A stretch of 64,000 nt of DNA from Candidatus Rokubacteria bacterium 13_1_40CM_69_27 (GTDB lineage: Bacteria; Methylomirabilota; Methylomirabilia; Rokubacteriales; CSP1-6): NCBI GenBank assembly GCA_001917535.1, contig MNEF01000106.1, forward strand, positions 1,511 to 65,510. Direction: 5' to 3'. The notes below the pieces were generated by a model. The model was not told the DNA's origin and did no database searches. It saw only the letters and a list, made by a program, of their open reading frames with translations. The position numbers and the translations under genes are program-made. This document shows, one piece after another, positions 41,490-51,134 of this stretch (position 1 is its first letter; every line of letters begins with the position of its first letter).

Positions 41490-42563
41490 GTGAGCGCGCT
41501 GCGCATCGTCGTCATGGGCTCGGGCGGTGTGGGCGGCTACTTCGGCGCGCGCCTGGCGCGCGCGGGCGGAGCCGTCACGTTCGTCGCCCGCGGCGCCCAT
41601 CTCGACGCGATTCGTCGCCACGGCCTTCGCATCCGCTCGGCGATCGAGGGTGAGTACGCGGTGAAGGCGGAGGCGGTGGAGCGGCTGGACGGCCGTCCGG
41701 TCGCCGACGTCGCGCTGCTCTGCGTGAAATCGTTCGACACGGAATCTGCCCTGGCGGCCCTAAGGCCCGCCGTTGGCCCCGGCACGGCCGTGCTCTCGCT
41801 CCAGAACGGCGTGGACAACGTGGAGAAGATCGATACGGGGCTGGGCCCCGGCCACGCCCTCGGCGGCGCCGCCTACGTCTTCGCCGCGATCGAGGCGCCC
41901 GGCGTCATCGCGCACCGGTTCGCCGGCCGCATCGTGTTCGGAGAGCTCGACGGGCGCATCACGCCGCGATGCGAGCGCCTGCGGGAGGCTTTCGCCGAGG
42001 CCGGCACCCCCGTCGAGCTGTCGACGGAGATCCGGCGCGTGCTGTGGGAGAAGTACCTCTTCATCTGCGCGCAGGCGGCGGTCACCGCGGTCACGCGCTG
42101 TCCGACCGGCGTGGTACGCGCCATCCCGGAGACCTGGCGGCTCTATCGAACGATCCTCGAGGAGCTGGCGGCGGTGGCCGCGGCCGCCGGGGTCAAGCTC
42201 CCGGCCGATACCGTGGAGACCATCGTGAAGGCGGCGGCGGCGCTGGCGCCGGAGACGACCTCGTCGCTGGCCCACGACCTGAGCCAGGGCAGACGGCTCG
42301 AGCTGGAAGGGCTGCACGGCCATGCCGTGCGCCTGGCCGAGCGGCTGGGCGTGCCGACACCGACCGTGTTCGCCGTCTACGCCGTGCTCAAGCCCCACGC
42401 GGATGGTTGTGCGCAGCCGCAGGGCGGCAGCGGGCCACTGGGCGAGCCGCAGGGCGGCCAGGGGCTGGGGCCCCTGCGCCCGAGGCGAGCGAACCCAGAG
42501 AGTCCCGCCCGCCCGAGGCGAGCCGATGAACCGGGGAGTGCGCAGCCGCCCGCGGAGCGATAG
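41490..42563 (+). CDS. panE: Ketopantoate reductase family protein with a repeat-derived C-terminal extension
   Basis: GSGGVG, VKS, QNG, WEK, SSLAHD, RLE; the domain ends near YAVLKPH. Confidence 0.88.
   Translation: MSALRIVVMGSGGVGGYFGARLARAGGAVTFVARGAHLDAIRRHGLRIRSAIEGEYAVKAEAVERLDGRPVADVALLCVKSFDTESALAALRPAVGPGTAVLSLQNGVDNVEKIDTGLGPGHALGGAAYVFAAIEAPGVIAHRFAGRIVFGELDGRITPRCERLREAFAEAGTPVELSTEIRRVLWEKYLFICAQAAVTAVTRCPTGVVRAIPETWRLYRTILEELAAVAAAAGVKLPADTVETIVKAAAALAPETTSSLAHDLSQGRRLELEGLHGHAVRLAERLGVPTPTVFAVYAVLKPHADGCAQPQGGSGPLGEPQGGQGLGPLRPRRANPESPARPRRADEPGSAQPPAER
42409..42525 (+). repeat. Repeat family B, copy 3 (inside the panE 3' end)
   Basis: Matches 20389-20505 (reverse complement); a partial restart GTGCGCAGCCGC follows at about 42538. 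Confidence 0.88.
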
Positions 42564-42566
42564 CGC

Positions 42567-44306
42567 ATGCGGGTGTCGTCGCCGGCGCGCGCCCTCACGC
42601 GCTACGTCACCCGCTATCGGCTCCGGTACGCGGCCGGCGTCGCGTGCCTGGGTGCCGCGACCCTCCTGAGTCTGGCCATTCCCCGGACGGTCCAGCGCGC
42701 GGTCGAGGCGCTGGAAGCCGACGCGGGCGGGGCACCGGTCGGCGCCTACGTCGGCATCATCCTCCTCCTGGCGCTGGGCAACGGGGTGGCGCGCCTGGGC
42801 TCGCGCTTCGCGATGATGGGCAGCGCCCAGCGCGTGGAGTACGACGTCCGCAACGATCTGTACCGCAGCCTCCTGCGCTTCCCGCCGGCGTTCTACGCGC
42901 GGCACTCGATCGGCGACCTCATGGCCCGCTCGTCCAGCGACATCAGCGCCGTGCGCGTGCTGGCGGGCTTCGGCGCCGTGAGCTTCATCAGCACCGTGTT
43001 CGCGTTCGTGGGAGCGCTGGGCGCGATGATCGCGGTCGACCCCTGGCTCACGCTGTACGCGCTGGCGCCGTATCCGACGCTGGTGGCGCTGGCCCGCCGG
43101 GCCAACGTCACCATCCACGAGCGCACCCAGGCGGCCCAGGACCAGCTCGGCGTCCTCTCCGCGCGCGTGCAGGAGCACCTGGCGGCGATGAGCGTCGTCC
43201 GGGCCTACACGATGGAGGGGCAGGCCGCTGCCGAGTTCGACCGCGCCAACGGCGAGTATCTCCGACGGAGCCTGGCGCTGGGGCGGACCCTCTCCCAGTT
43301 CGTCCCGCTCACCGGGCTCATCACGGGGTTGGGCGCCCTCATCGTCCTCTGGCTCGGCGGCCGGGCGGTGATGGACGGGCGCCTCACCCTCGGAGCGCTC
43401 GTCGCCTTCAACGGCTACCTGGCTTATCTGGCCTGGCCCACACTGGCACTGGGATTCACGCTCTCGATCGTCCGCCGCGGCCTCACCTCAATGGAGCGCA
43501 TCCAGGAGATCGTGGCCACCGCTCCGGCCCCCGAGCCCCACGCGGCGCCCCTGGGCGGGGCGCCGGCCATCCGGTTTTCGAACCTGACCTTCGCCTACGA
43601 GGATCGGCCGCCCGCGCTCAGGGAGGTGAGCTTCGAGGTCACGCCCGGGGAGACCGTCGCCGTGGTCGGCCACACGGGGAGCGGCAAGTCCACGCTCGGT
43701 GCGCTGTTGGCGCGGCTCTGGGAGCCGCCCGCCGGCACGGTGTTCGTCGGAGGGCGCGACGTCGGCGACTTGCCTCTCGGCACCCTGCGCGGCGCCCTGG
43801 GCTACGTGCCGCAGGAGGCCTTCCTGTTCTCGCGCTCCATCAGCGACAACGTGACGCTGGGGCGGTCGATGATCGCGCCCGACGTCGTGCGTGCGGCCGC
43901 CGCGGTCGCGGGCGTCGCCGATGAGGTCGAGCGCTTTCCCGCGGGGTGGGAGACCGTCGTCGGCGAGCGGGGCCTCACGGTCTCGGGCGGCCAGCGTCAG
44001 CGGCTGGCCCTCGCGCGGGCGCTGGCGGGGGCTCCGGCAATCCTCGTCCTCGACGACGTCTTCGCCAGCGTCGACGCCGCCAAGGAGGAGGAGATCGTCG
44101 AGAACCTCCGGCGCGCAGCCTGGGGGCGCACGGTGCTCCTCATGACCCACCGACTCCGGGCCGCGCGGGCGGCCGATCGCGTGGTGGTGCTGGCCGAGGG
44201 CCGCGTCGCCGAGACGGGCACGCACGACGAGCTCCTCGGGCGGGGCGGCCTCTACGCCCAGCTCTGGCGGATCCAGCAGCTCGAGGAGGAGATCGCCCGT
44301 GCATGA
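42567..44306 (+). CDS. ABC exporter permease/ATPase (MdlA-like)
   Basis: TMD plus GHTGSGKS, VSGGQRQR, degenerate Walker B LVLDD. Confidence 0.93.
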   Translation: MRVSSPARALTRYVTRYRLRYAAGVACLGAATLLSLAIPRTVQRAVEALEADAGGAPVGAYVGIILLLALGNGVARLGSRFAMMGSAQRVEYDVRNDLYRSLLRFPPAFYARHSIGDLMARSSSDISAVRVLAGFGAVSFISTVFAFVGALGAMIAVDPWLTLYALAPYPTLVALARRANVTIHERTQAAQDQLGVLSARVQEHLAAMSVVRAYTMEGQAAAEFDRANGEYLRRSLALGRTLSQFVPLTGLITGLGALIVLWLGGRAVMDGRLTLGALVAFNGYLAYLAWPTLALGFTLSIVRRGLTSMERIQEIVATAPAPEPHAAPLGGAPAIRFSNLTFAYEDRPPALREVSFEVTPGETVAVVGHTGSGKSTLGALLARLWEPPAGTVFVGGRDVGDLPLGTLRGALGYVPQEAFLFSRSISDNVTLGRSMIAPDVVRAAAAVAGVADEVERFPAGWETVVGERGLTVSGGQRQRLALARALAGAPAILVLDDVFASVDAAKEEEIVENLRRAAWGRTVLLMTHRLRAARAADRVVVLAEGRVAETGTHDELLGRGGLYAQLWRIQQLEEEIARA

Positions 44307-46083
44307 CCTCGAGCACGACGAGATCCTCGGCCGCGCCTTCGACCGCCATCTGGTGGGGCGCCTGGCGCGGATGGCCCGGTCCCACGGGCGGTTGATCGTC
44401 TCCACGGCGCTCCTGTTTCCGCTGATCGCCTGCGTCGAGCTGCTGCAGCCCTATCTCCTGAAGATCGCCATCGACGATCACATCCTGGCCGCCGACTGGC
44501 GCGGCCTCACCGAGGTCGCCGCGCTGTTCCTCGGCGTCCTCGTGATGCTGAGCGCGCTGAGAGCGGCCGAGGCCTACCTGATGCAGCTCACCGCCCTGCG
44601 GGTGATGCACGACCTCCGCGCCATGCTCTTTCGCCACCTCCTGCGCCTGGAGGCGGCCTTCTTCGATCGCAACCCGGTCGGGCGGCTGATGACCCGCGTG
44701 CTCAACGACGTCGAGGCGGTGAGCGAGGCGTTCACCAGCGGGCTCTTCGCCGTGGTCGGGGACGTCATCACGCTGGCGGGTGTGGTCGCGGTCATGCTGT
44801 GGATGGACTGGCGGCTGGCGCTGGTGACCTTCTCCCTGGTGCCCGCGCTCGGCGCCATCGCCGGCTACTTCCGAATCCGCGCCCGCGACGCCTACCGCGA
44901 GGTCCGCCGGCGCCTGGCCCGGCTGAACGCCTTTCTGCAGGAGTCGCTCCAGGGCATGACGGTGATCCAGCTCTTTGCCCGCGAGGGGCACGAGTTCAGC
45001 GCCTTCCGCCGCCTCAACGCCGACTACCGGCGCGCGATGTTCGGCTCGACCGTGTGGGAAGCGTCCCTCTATGCGGCGGTCGAGGCGCTCGGGTCGGCGG
45101 CGCTGGCCCTGCTGCTCTGGTATGGCGCGGGCCAGATCGCGGCGGAAGCCCTGACGTTCGGCACGCTGGTCGCGTTCATCCAGTACACCAATCGCTTCTT
45201 CCTGCCCATCCGGGACCTGGGGGCCAAGTACACGGTCATGCAGTCGGCGATGGCCTCGTCCGAAAGGATCTTCGCGCTGCTCGATCGCGCGCCCGCGATC
45301 GCGGCGCCGGCGGTCGCCGGCCCGCGCGCGGAACCACAGGGTCCATCGCCGGTCGCGTTCAAGGCCGTCTGGTTCGCCTACGAGGGCGAAGACTGGGTGC
45401 TCCGCGATTGCTCGTTCGAGGTGGCGCCGGGGGAGCGCGTGGCGATCGTCGGCGCCACCGGCGAGGGCAAGAGCACCTGCGCCCGGCTCCTCAACCGCTC
45501 GTACGATGTCGGGCGCGGGCAGGTCCTGGTCGACGGCGTCGACGTGAGAGAATGGGATCTCCAGAGCCTCCGCCGCCACGTGGGGATCATCTTCCAGGAC
45601 ACCGTGCTCTTCACCGGGACCATTGAGGCCAACCTCCAGCTGGGCAGCGACGGGCGGGTGACCCGCGCCGATCTCGAGCGCGCGGTCGAGGTCGCCAACT
45701 GCCGCCGGGTGATCGAGGGCCTGCCGCGCGGCTGGGGCGAGGAGCTTTCCGAGCGGGGGGCGAACCTCTCGCACGGGCAGCGCCAGTTGCTGGCCATCGC
45801 CCGGGCCCTCGTATACAATCCCGCCATCCTCGTCCTCGACGAAGCCACCTCGAGCGTGGATCCGGAGTCCGAGGCGCTGATTCGGCACGCCATGACGCGG
45901 CTGGCGGAGGGCCGCACGACGATCACGATCGCTCACCGGCTGTCCACGGTGCAGAGCGCCGACCGCATCCTCGTCCTGCACCGCGGCCGCATTCACGAGG
46001 AGGGCCGTCACGCGGAGCTGTTGCGCCTGGGCGGACTGTACGCGCGGCTGTGGGAGCTGGGGGTCAAGAGCCGTCCCGTCTGA
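44299..46083 (+). CDS. ABC exporter permease/ATPase (MdlB-like)
   Basis: TMD plus GATGEGKS, LSHGQRQ, LVLDEATS, AHRLST. Confidence 0.93.
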   Translation: MHDLEHDEILGRAFDRHLVGRLARMARSHGRLIVSTALLFPLIACVELLQPYLLKIAIDDHILAADWRGLTEVAALFLGVLVMLSALRAAEAYLMQLTALRVMHDLRAMLFRHLLRLEAAFFDRNPVGRLMTRVLNDVEAVSEAFTSGLFAVVGDVITLAGVVAVMLWMDWRLALVTFSLVPALGAIAGYFRIRARDAYREVRRRLARLNAFLQESLQGMTVIQLFAREGHEFSAFRRLNADYRRAMFGSTVWEASLYAAVEALGSAALALLLWYGAGQIAAEALTFGTLVAFIQYTNRFFLPIRDLGAKYTVMQSAMASSERIFALLDRAPAIAAPAVAGPRAEPQGPSPVAFKAVWFAYEGEDWVLRDCSFEVAPGERVAIVGATGEGKSTCARLLNRSYDVGRGQVLVDGVDVREWDLQSLRRHVGIIFQDTVLFTGTIEANLQLGSDGRVTRADLERAVEVANCRRVIEGLPRGWGEELSERGANLSHGQRQLLAIARALVYNPAILVLDEATSSVDPESEALIRHAMTRLAEGRTTITIAHRLSTVQSADRILVLHRGRIHEEGRHAELLRLGGLYARLWELGVKSRPV

Positions 46084-46388
46084 GGTTCGTCCAGGCGGTG
46101 TGGCGCCTGGTGCGACGCATCCCCCGCGGCCGCGTCGTCACCTACGGCCAGATCGCGACGCGCCTGGGCCGGCCCCGGGCGGCTCGGGCGGTCGGCCGGG
46201 CCCTGCGGGGTTGTCCGCCGGATCTACCCTGGCATCGGGTGGTCAACGCCCGCGGCGGCATCAGTCCCCGCGCGCGGATGAGCAGCGTGCTGACCCAGCG
46301 GATCCGGCTCGAGGGGGAAGGCATCGCGCTCCGGGGCGGACGCGTCCGCTTGCCCCAGTACCGGTGGCATCCGGGCGATCGACGGTGA
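46050..46388 (+). CDS. atl: Alkyltransferase-like protein (MGMT family); start uncertain
   Basis: [24 protein letters not shown] (Trp replaces the catalytic Cys). Confidence 0.82.
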   Translation: MGAGGQEPSRLRFVQAVWRLVRRIPRGRVVTYGQIATRLGRPRAARAVGRALRGCPPDLPWHRVVNARGGISPRARMSSVLTQRIRLEGEGIALRGGRVRLPQYRWHPGDRR

Positions 46389-46410
46389 CATCGTTCGACG
46401 GAGGGCGGTC

Positions 46411-47442
46411 ATGAAGCTCGCGCTGCATCTGAGCTACTCGGGCCCGACGATGGCGCTCGACGTGGCCAAGATCCAGGAGGCGGAGCGCCTGGGCTACGAC
46501 TCCGTCTGGACGGCCGAGGCCTATGGCTCCGACGCGGTCACCCCGGCCGCCTGGATCGCCGCGCGCACCGAGCGCATCCACGTGGGCACCGCCATCATGC
46601 AGATCGCCGGGCGCACGCCAGCGATGGCGGCGATGACGGCGATGACGCTCGATGCGCTCGCGGGCGGGCGGTTCCGGATGGGGCTGGGCGTGTCGGGGCC
46701 GCAGGTCGTCGAGGGCTGGCACGGGCAGCCCTTCGGCAAGCCGCTGGTGAAGACGCGCGAATACGTGGAGATCGTCCGTGCGATCCTTCGCCGCGAGAAG
46801 CCCGTCGAGTTCCGGGGCGAGTACTACCAGATCCCGTATGCGGGCCCCGGGGCCACCGGCCTCGGCAAGCCCCTCCGCTCGATTCTCCACGGGCGCCCGG
46901 CCATCCCGATCTATCTCGCCGCCATCGGGCCAAAGAACGTGGCCCTGGCCGCCGAGATCGCCGACGGCTGGATCCCCGTCTTCTTCTCGCCGCGACGCAT
47001 GTCGATGTTCCGCGAGTGGCTCGACGCGGGCTTTCGGGCGGCGGGTGGGGATCGCGCGAAGTCCCGCGCGGGCTTCGACGTCATGCCGTCGGTGGCCGTG
47101 GTCGTGGGCGAGCGGGTGGAGGAGTGCCGGGCTCCGGTGAAGGCGCGGCTGGCCCTCTACGTCGGCGGCATGGGGGCGCGTGGCAAGAACTTCTACAACG
47201 AGCTGGCCCGGCGCTACGGCTACGAGGAGGCGGCGCGGACGATCCAGGATCTGTACCTCGGCGGCCGCAAGGCCGAGGCCGAGGCGGCCGTGCCCGACGC
47301 GCTGGTGGACGAGGTCGCGCTCTGCGGGCCGCGCGCGCTCATCCGCGAGCGCCTCGCCGAGTGGACGTCGTCCGGTATCACCACCCTGATGGTGGCGGGC
47401 AACGCCGACGCGATCCGGCTCATGGCCGAGCTGGTGCTCTAG
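46411..47442 (+). CDS. LLM-class (probably F420-dependent) oxidoreductase
   Basis: [30 protein letters not shown]. Confidence 0.9.
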   Translation: MKLALHLSYSGPTMALDVAKIQEAERLGYDSVWTAEAYGSDAVTPAAWIAARTERIHVGTAIMQIAGRTPAMAAMTAMTLDALAGGRFRMGLGVSGPQVVEGWHGQPFGKPLVKTREYVEIVRAILRREKPVEFRGEYYQIPYAGPGATGLGKPLRSILHGRPAIPIYLAAIGPKNVALAAEIADGWIPVFFSPRRMSMFREWLDAGFRAAGGDRAKSRAGFDVMPSVAVVVGERVEECRAPVKARLALYVGGMGARGKNFYNELARRYGYEEAARTIQDLYLGGRKAEAEAAVPDALVDEVALCGPRALIRERLAEWTSSGITTLMVAGNADAIRLMAELVL

Positions 47443-47455
47443 CCGGGAGGGTGCG

Positions 47456-48217
47456 ATGAAGCTCGAGAACCGGGTGGCGATCGTCACGGGCGCGGGTTCG
47501 GGCATCGGCGCCGCCTCGGCGCTGGCCATGGCCGCGGAAGGGGCGCGGATGGTGGTGGTGGACATCAACGAGGCGGCGGCCAAGGCTACGGTGGAGCAGA
47601 TCGAGAAGGGCGGAGGCCGGGCGCTGGCCCTGGCCGCGGATGTCACCCGCGCCGACGACAACCGCTCGATGGTCGAGCGCGCGCTGGCCACCTTCGGCGG
47701 GCTCGACGTCTTTTTCGCGAACGCCGGCGTGCCCCAGTGGCCGGCCAACATCGAGGACGTCGACGAGGCCACCTACGATCGCATCATGACGGTCAACGTC
47801 AAGGGCGTCTGGCTGGGAGCGAAGTACGCGCTGGGTGTGATGAAGAAGCAGAAGCGGGGCGTGTTCCTCATCACGGCCTCGACCGCGGCGATCCGGCCGC
47901 GCCCCGGCGGACAGACCTACGCGGCGTCCAAAGGCGCCGCCGTCGCGCTCACCAAGAGCCTGGCACTGGAGGCCGCGCCTCACGGCGTGCGTGTGGTCGC
48001 TATCGCGCCGGTGGCGACGGAGACCCCGATGCTGGCGACCTTCATGGGCAAGAAGCAGGTCGACGCCGAGGGCATGGCGCGCTACGTCGCCACGGTACCG
48101 CTGGGTCGCCTGAACAAGCCCGAGGACATCGCCCGGACGGCGGTGTTCCTGGCCTCCGACGATGCGGCGATGATCACGGGCGCCTGCGTGGAAGTGGACG
48201 GCGGGCGGTGCATCTAG
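47456..48217 (+). CDS. Short-chain dehydrogenase/reductase
   Basis: TGAGSGIG, NAG, YAASK, VDGG. Confidence 0.94.
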   Translation: MKLENRVAIVTGAGSGIGAASALAMAAEGARMVVVDINEAAAKATVEQIEKGGGRALALAADVTRADDNRSMVERALATFGGLDVFFANAGVPQWPANIEDVDEATYDRIMTVNVKGVWLGAKYALGVMKKQKRGVFLITASTAAIRPRPGGQTYAASKGAAVALTKSLALEAAPHGVRVVAIAPVATETPMLATFMGKKQVDAEGMARYVATVPLGRLNKPEDIARTAVFLASDDAAMITGACVEVDGGRCI

Positions 48218-48218
48218 C

Positions 48219-49160
48219 ATGAAGGTCATCCCGCTCGCGGCGGAGTCGCTCGGCGCCCGCTCGATGGCGACCTTCGTCGAGGCGGGGCGCACCGGGATCC
48301 TCATCGACCCGGGGGCCACGCTGGCGCCGTCGCGCTTCAACCTGCCGCCCGCCGAAGAGGAGTGGGAGGCCCTGCGCCGGGCCAACGATCGCATCTCGGC
48401 CTATGCGACGCGCGCCGACCTGATCTTCGTGAGCCACTACCATGAGGATCACTTCCGCTCCGATCCCTCGTCCTACGTGGGACGCGCGGTGCTGGTGAAG
48501 GACCCGCGGCGGATGGTGCAGGGGCTTCAGGCCCGCCGGGCCGGGGAGCTCTCGCGGGCCCTGGCCGGCCAGGCCCGAGTCGAGCCGGCCGACGGCCAGG
48601 CGCGGCGCGAGGCCGACGTCACGCTGGAGGTGTCGCCGCCGCTGGCTCACGGCCTGGAGGGCACGCCGCTCGGCTACGTCGTCACCCTCACGATCGTCCA
48701 CCGCGCCGAGCGCGAGCGCTTCGTCTTCGCCTCGGACGTGCAGGGACCACTCTCACCGGTGGCCGCCGCCTATCTCACGCGCCAGCAGCCGACGCTGCTC
48801 TACCTCTCGGGACCGCCCTCCTATATGGAGCGCGAGGTCGGCGGCGCGGTCATCGACCACGGCGTCGAGCACCTGCTCCGCATCATCGACGCCACCGGCT
48901 GTCGCGTCATCATGGACCATCACGCGCTCCGAGACCGACGGTGGAAGGAGCGCTTCGCGCGGCTGTGGGAGACGGGGCGCGTCACCACCGCGGCGGCCTA
49001 CATCGGCTTGCCCGAGGCGACGCTGGAGGAGCGACGGGCGCAGCTCTGGGCCGCCGCCCGCCGGCCCGCCGCCAAGGCTCCGACGGGGCGTGCTATCATG
49101 ACTCGCACGTCAGCGACACGCACCACCGGGCAATTCGCGAAAGGAGGATACGCCGAGTGA
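48219..49160 (+). CDS. MBL-fold metallo-hydrolase, UPF0282-like
   Basis: AAESLGARSMA, IDPG, SHYHEDH, ASDVQGP, DHHALRD. Confidence 0.8.
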   Translation: MKVIPLAAESLGARSMATFVEAGRTGILIDPGATLAPSRFNLPPAEEEWEALRRANDRISAYATRADLIFVSHYHEDHFRSDPSSYVGRAVLVKDPRRMVQGLQARRAGELSRALAGQARVEPADGQARREADVTLEVSPPLAHGLEGTPLGYVVTLTIVHRAERERFVFASDVQGPLSPVAAAYLTRQQPTLLYLSGPPSYMEREVGGAVIDHGVEHLLRIIDATGCRVIMDHHALRDRRWKERFARLWETGRVTTAAAYIGLPEATLEERRAQLWAAARRPAAKAPTGRAIMTRTSATRTTGQFAKGGYAE

Positions 49161-49636
49161 GTACGCTCAGCGAGAGCAAGACGCTCAACGTGGGCGATCA
49201 GGCCCCCGACTTCACGCTGAAGACGATCGGGCTCAAGGAGATTAGCCTGCGAGAATTCCGCGGCAAGAAGAACGTCGTTCTGCTGTTCTACCCGCTGGAC
49301 TGGACGCCGGGCTGAAGCACCTGCATGCCCGCCTTCGATAAGCGCGTTCGCGATTTCGAGGCGGCCAATACCCAGGTGCTGGGTATCAGCACGGACAGCC
49401 CCTTCAGTCACGAGAACTGGGGAAAGGCAGTCGGCATCAGCAACTATCCGCTGCTGTCGGATGTGCAACGCAGCGTCGCCAAGGATTACGGCGTCTACTG
49501 GCCGGACTGGAACGCCAACGTCCGGGCCACATTCGTCATCGATCGCAATGGCAAGGTGCGCTTCACCGAGCGCTACGCCAAGGGCCAGTTGCCCGATCCC
49601 GACAAGATCCTCGCCGAGGTGAAGAAACTCGCCTGA
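49157..49636 (+). CDS. Peroxiredoxin (AhpE/BCP-like), predicted selenoprotein (Sec53, 159 aa)
   Basis: AAGGAGG RBS; GTG start; VGDQAPDFTL...FYPLDWTPG-TGA(49313-15)-STCMPAF...VLGISTD...YPLLSD...RATFVIDRNGKVR in one frame. The TGA sits at the peroxidatic C of PxxxTxxC. Confidence 0.9.
49329..49364 (+). promoter_or_regulatory. Candidate bacterial SECIS hairpin
   Basis: CCGCCT(T)CGA pairs with TCGAGGCGG; apical CGC-GTTC-GCG with a G-first loop 30 nt after the TGA. Confidence 0.55.
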
Positions 49637-49637
49637 T

Positions 49638-49719
49638 CATCGGAGGGGGCGGACGTTACGGCCCCCTCCGAGACCTCCCCCAGAAAAAGAAGACTGCGGC
49701 GGCAACGCCGCCGCTCGGA
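49638..49719 (+). repeat. Repeat family A, copy 3
   Basis: CATCGGAGGGGGC-GGACGTTACG-GCCCCCTCCGA-GACCTCCCC...GCGGCGGC-AAC-GCCGCCGC-TCGG. Confidence 0.87.
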
Positions 49720-49740
49720 AGGGCGCCGCTCGAAGCGCCC

Positions 49741-50640
49741 TCACCGGGGGCGGCGGGTGGTGGTCAGGGCCACGCCGGCCAGGACCAGCGCGCCTCCCAC
49801 GATCTGCCACACGCCGATTGGCTCGGCGAGCAGCGCGGTGGCCAGCAGCACGCCGACGACGGGCTGCAGGTTCATGAAGATCGCCGACCGGCTTGGTCCC
49901 ACCACCTGCACCGCCTTGTACCACCAGACATGGGCGACGGCGCCGAGCAGCCCCTGGTACAGCACCACCGACCACGCCAGGCCGGAGCCCAGGCGCGGCG
50001 GAGGGAAGAAGGTCGCGGTGGCGGCCATCGTGGGGATGATGAGGAGCGTGCCCAGCACGTACGCCGCCGTCGTCGCCAGCGCCGGCGAATAGGTGGTCAG
50101 GACGCGCTTGCCGTAGACGGTGTAGGCGCTCCATCCGGTCAGCGACGCGAGGTTGATAAAGTCCCCGATCCGCAGCTCCTCGGGGCGGAGCGCCGCCAGT
50201 CGGCCGCTGGTGATGACCAGCAGCACGCCCAAGGCGGAGACCGCCGCCCCCAGCCACTGCCCCGCCGCCAGCCGTTCGCCGAGGTACAGGCGGGCGGCGA
50301 TGGCCACGATCACCGGTGCGGCGGCCTGCAGGATGACGGCGTTGGACGCGGTCGTGTAGTAGATCGCCAGGTAGCTGAACTGGGTCGAGCCCCAGATGCC
50401 GGCGACAGCCAGGATCATGAACGCGCGGACGGCGCCGGGCCCCAGCCCGCGGACCGTGTCGGCTCCTGCGCGCGCCAGCAGCACGAGGAGGAACGCCGAG
50501 GCGATCGTGCAGCGGACGGCGGCGAGGAAGAACGGCGGGAAATCCTGGAGCGCGAGCTTCGCGGTCGCCGGATAGCTCCCCCAGAGCGTGACGATGAGGA
50601 GCAGCGCCAGATAGGCGCGGGTTTGACTGGGTCCGGACAC
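49741..50640 (-). CDS. DMT/EamA family transporter
   Basis: About 10 TM segments; LWGS, LGERL, FMNLQPV. Confidence 0.92.
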   Translation of the reverse strand: MSGPSQTRAYLALLLIVTLWGSYPATAKLALQDFPPFFLAAVRCTIASAFLLVLLARAGADTVRGLGPGAVRAFMILAVAGIWGSTQFSYLAIYYTTASNAVILQAAAPVIVAIAARLYLGERLAAGQWLGAAVSALGVLLVITSGRLAALRPEELRIGDFINLASLTGWSAYTVYGKRVLTTYSPALATTAAYVLGTLLIIPTMAATATFFPPPRLGSGLAWSVVLYQGLLGAVAHVWWYKAVQVVGPSRSAIFMNLQPVVGVLLATALLAEPIGVWQIVGGALVLAGVALTTTRRPR

Positions 50641-50663
50641 CTGCCTATGATAGCGCGCGCGTC

Positions 50664-51134
50664 ATGCCCGACTACATCCTCGAGTCGCGCGTGTGGCTGC
50701 CGAAGCCGCGCGCCGAGGTCTTCGCCTTCTTCGCCGAGCCCGCCAACCTCGCACTGATCACGCCGCCCTGGCTCGGCTTCCGTCTCCTCACGCCGGGAGC
50801 GGCGATGGCCCGCTGGGCCATCCTGGAGTATCGGATCTGCTGGCTTGGCCTGCCGTTCGCCTGGCGGTCGTTCATCCGCGAGTACGACCCGCCGGCCTGC
50901 TTCGTGGACGTGCAGGTCCGCGGACCGTACGACCGCTGGGAGCATCGTCATCTTTTTCTCGAAGAGCGGGGCGGCACCTGGGTCGAGGATCGCGTGACGT
51001 ACCGGCTGCCGCTGGGATCGCTGGGGCGCGCGGCCCACGGCCTGGTGGTCGGTCGCCAGCTGGCGGCGATCTGGGCGTACCGGCGACGGAAGCTCACTGA
51101 GCTGGTGGCGCCCGCGCTGGACGCCCCCCCGTGA
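50664..51134 (+). CDS. SRPBCC family protein
   Basis: VFAFFAEPANLALITPP, FVDVQVRGPY, WEHRH, DRVTY. Confidence 0.88.
   Translation: MPDYILESRVWLPKPRAEVFAFFAEPANLALITPPWLGFRLLTPGAAMARWAILEYRICWLGLPFAWRSFIREYDPPACFVDVQVRGPYDRWEHRHLFLEERGGTWVEDRVTYRLPLGSLGRAAHGLVVGRQLAAIWAYRRRKLTELVAPALDAPP

Noticed and set aside
44041-44070. Walker B LVLDD in the first ABC exporter
   Set aside because: Expected degenerate site of heterodimeric ABC exporters.
49157-49636. Pseudogene interpretation of the split prx and PCYCGC genes
   Set aside because: Both stops are TGA at conserved Cys positions with intact downstream frames and hairpins, so Sec is more parsimonious. The sel genes are not in this window, so this is unconfirmed.
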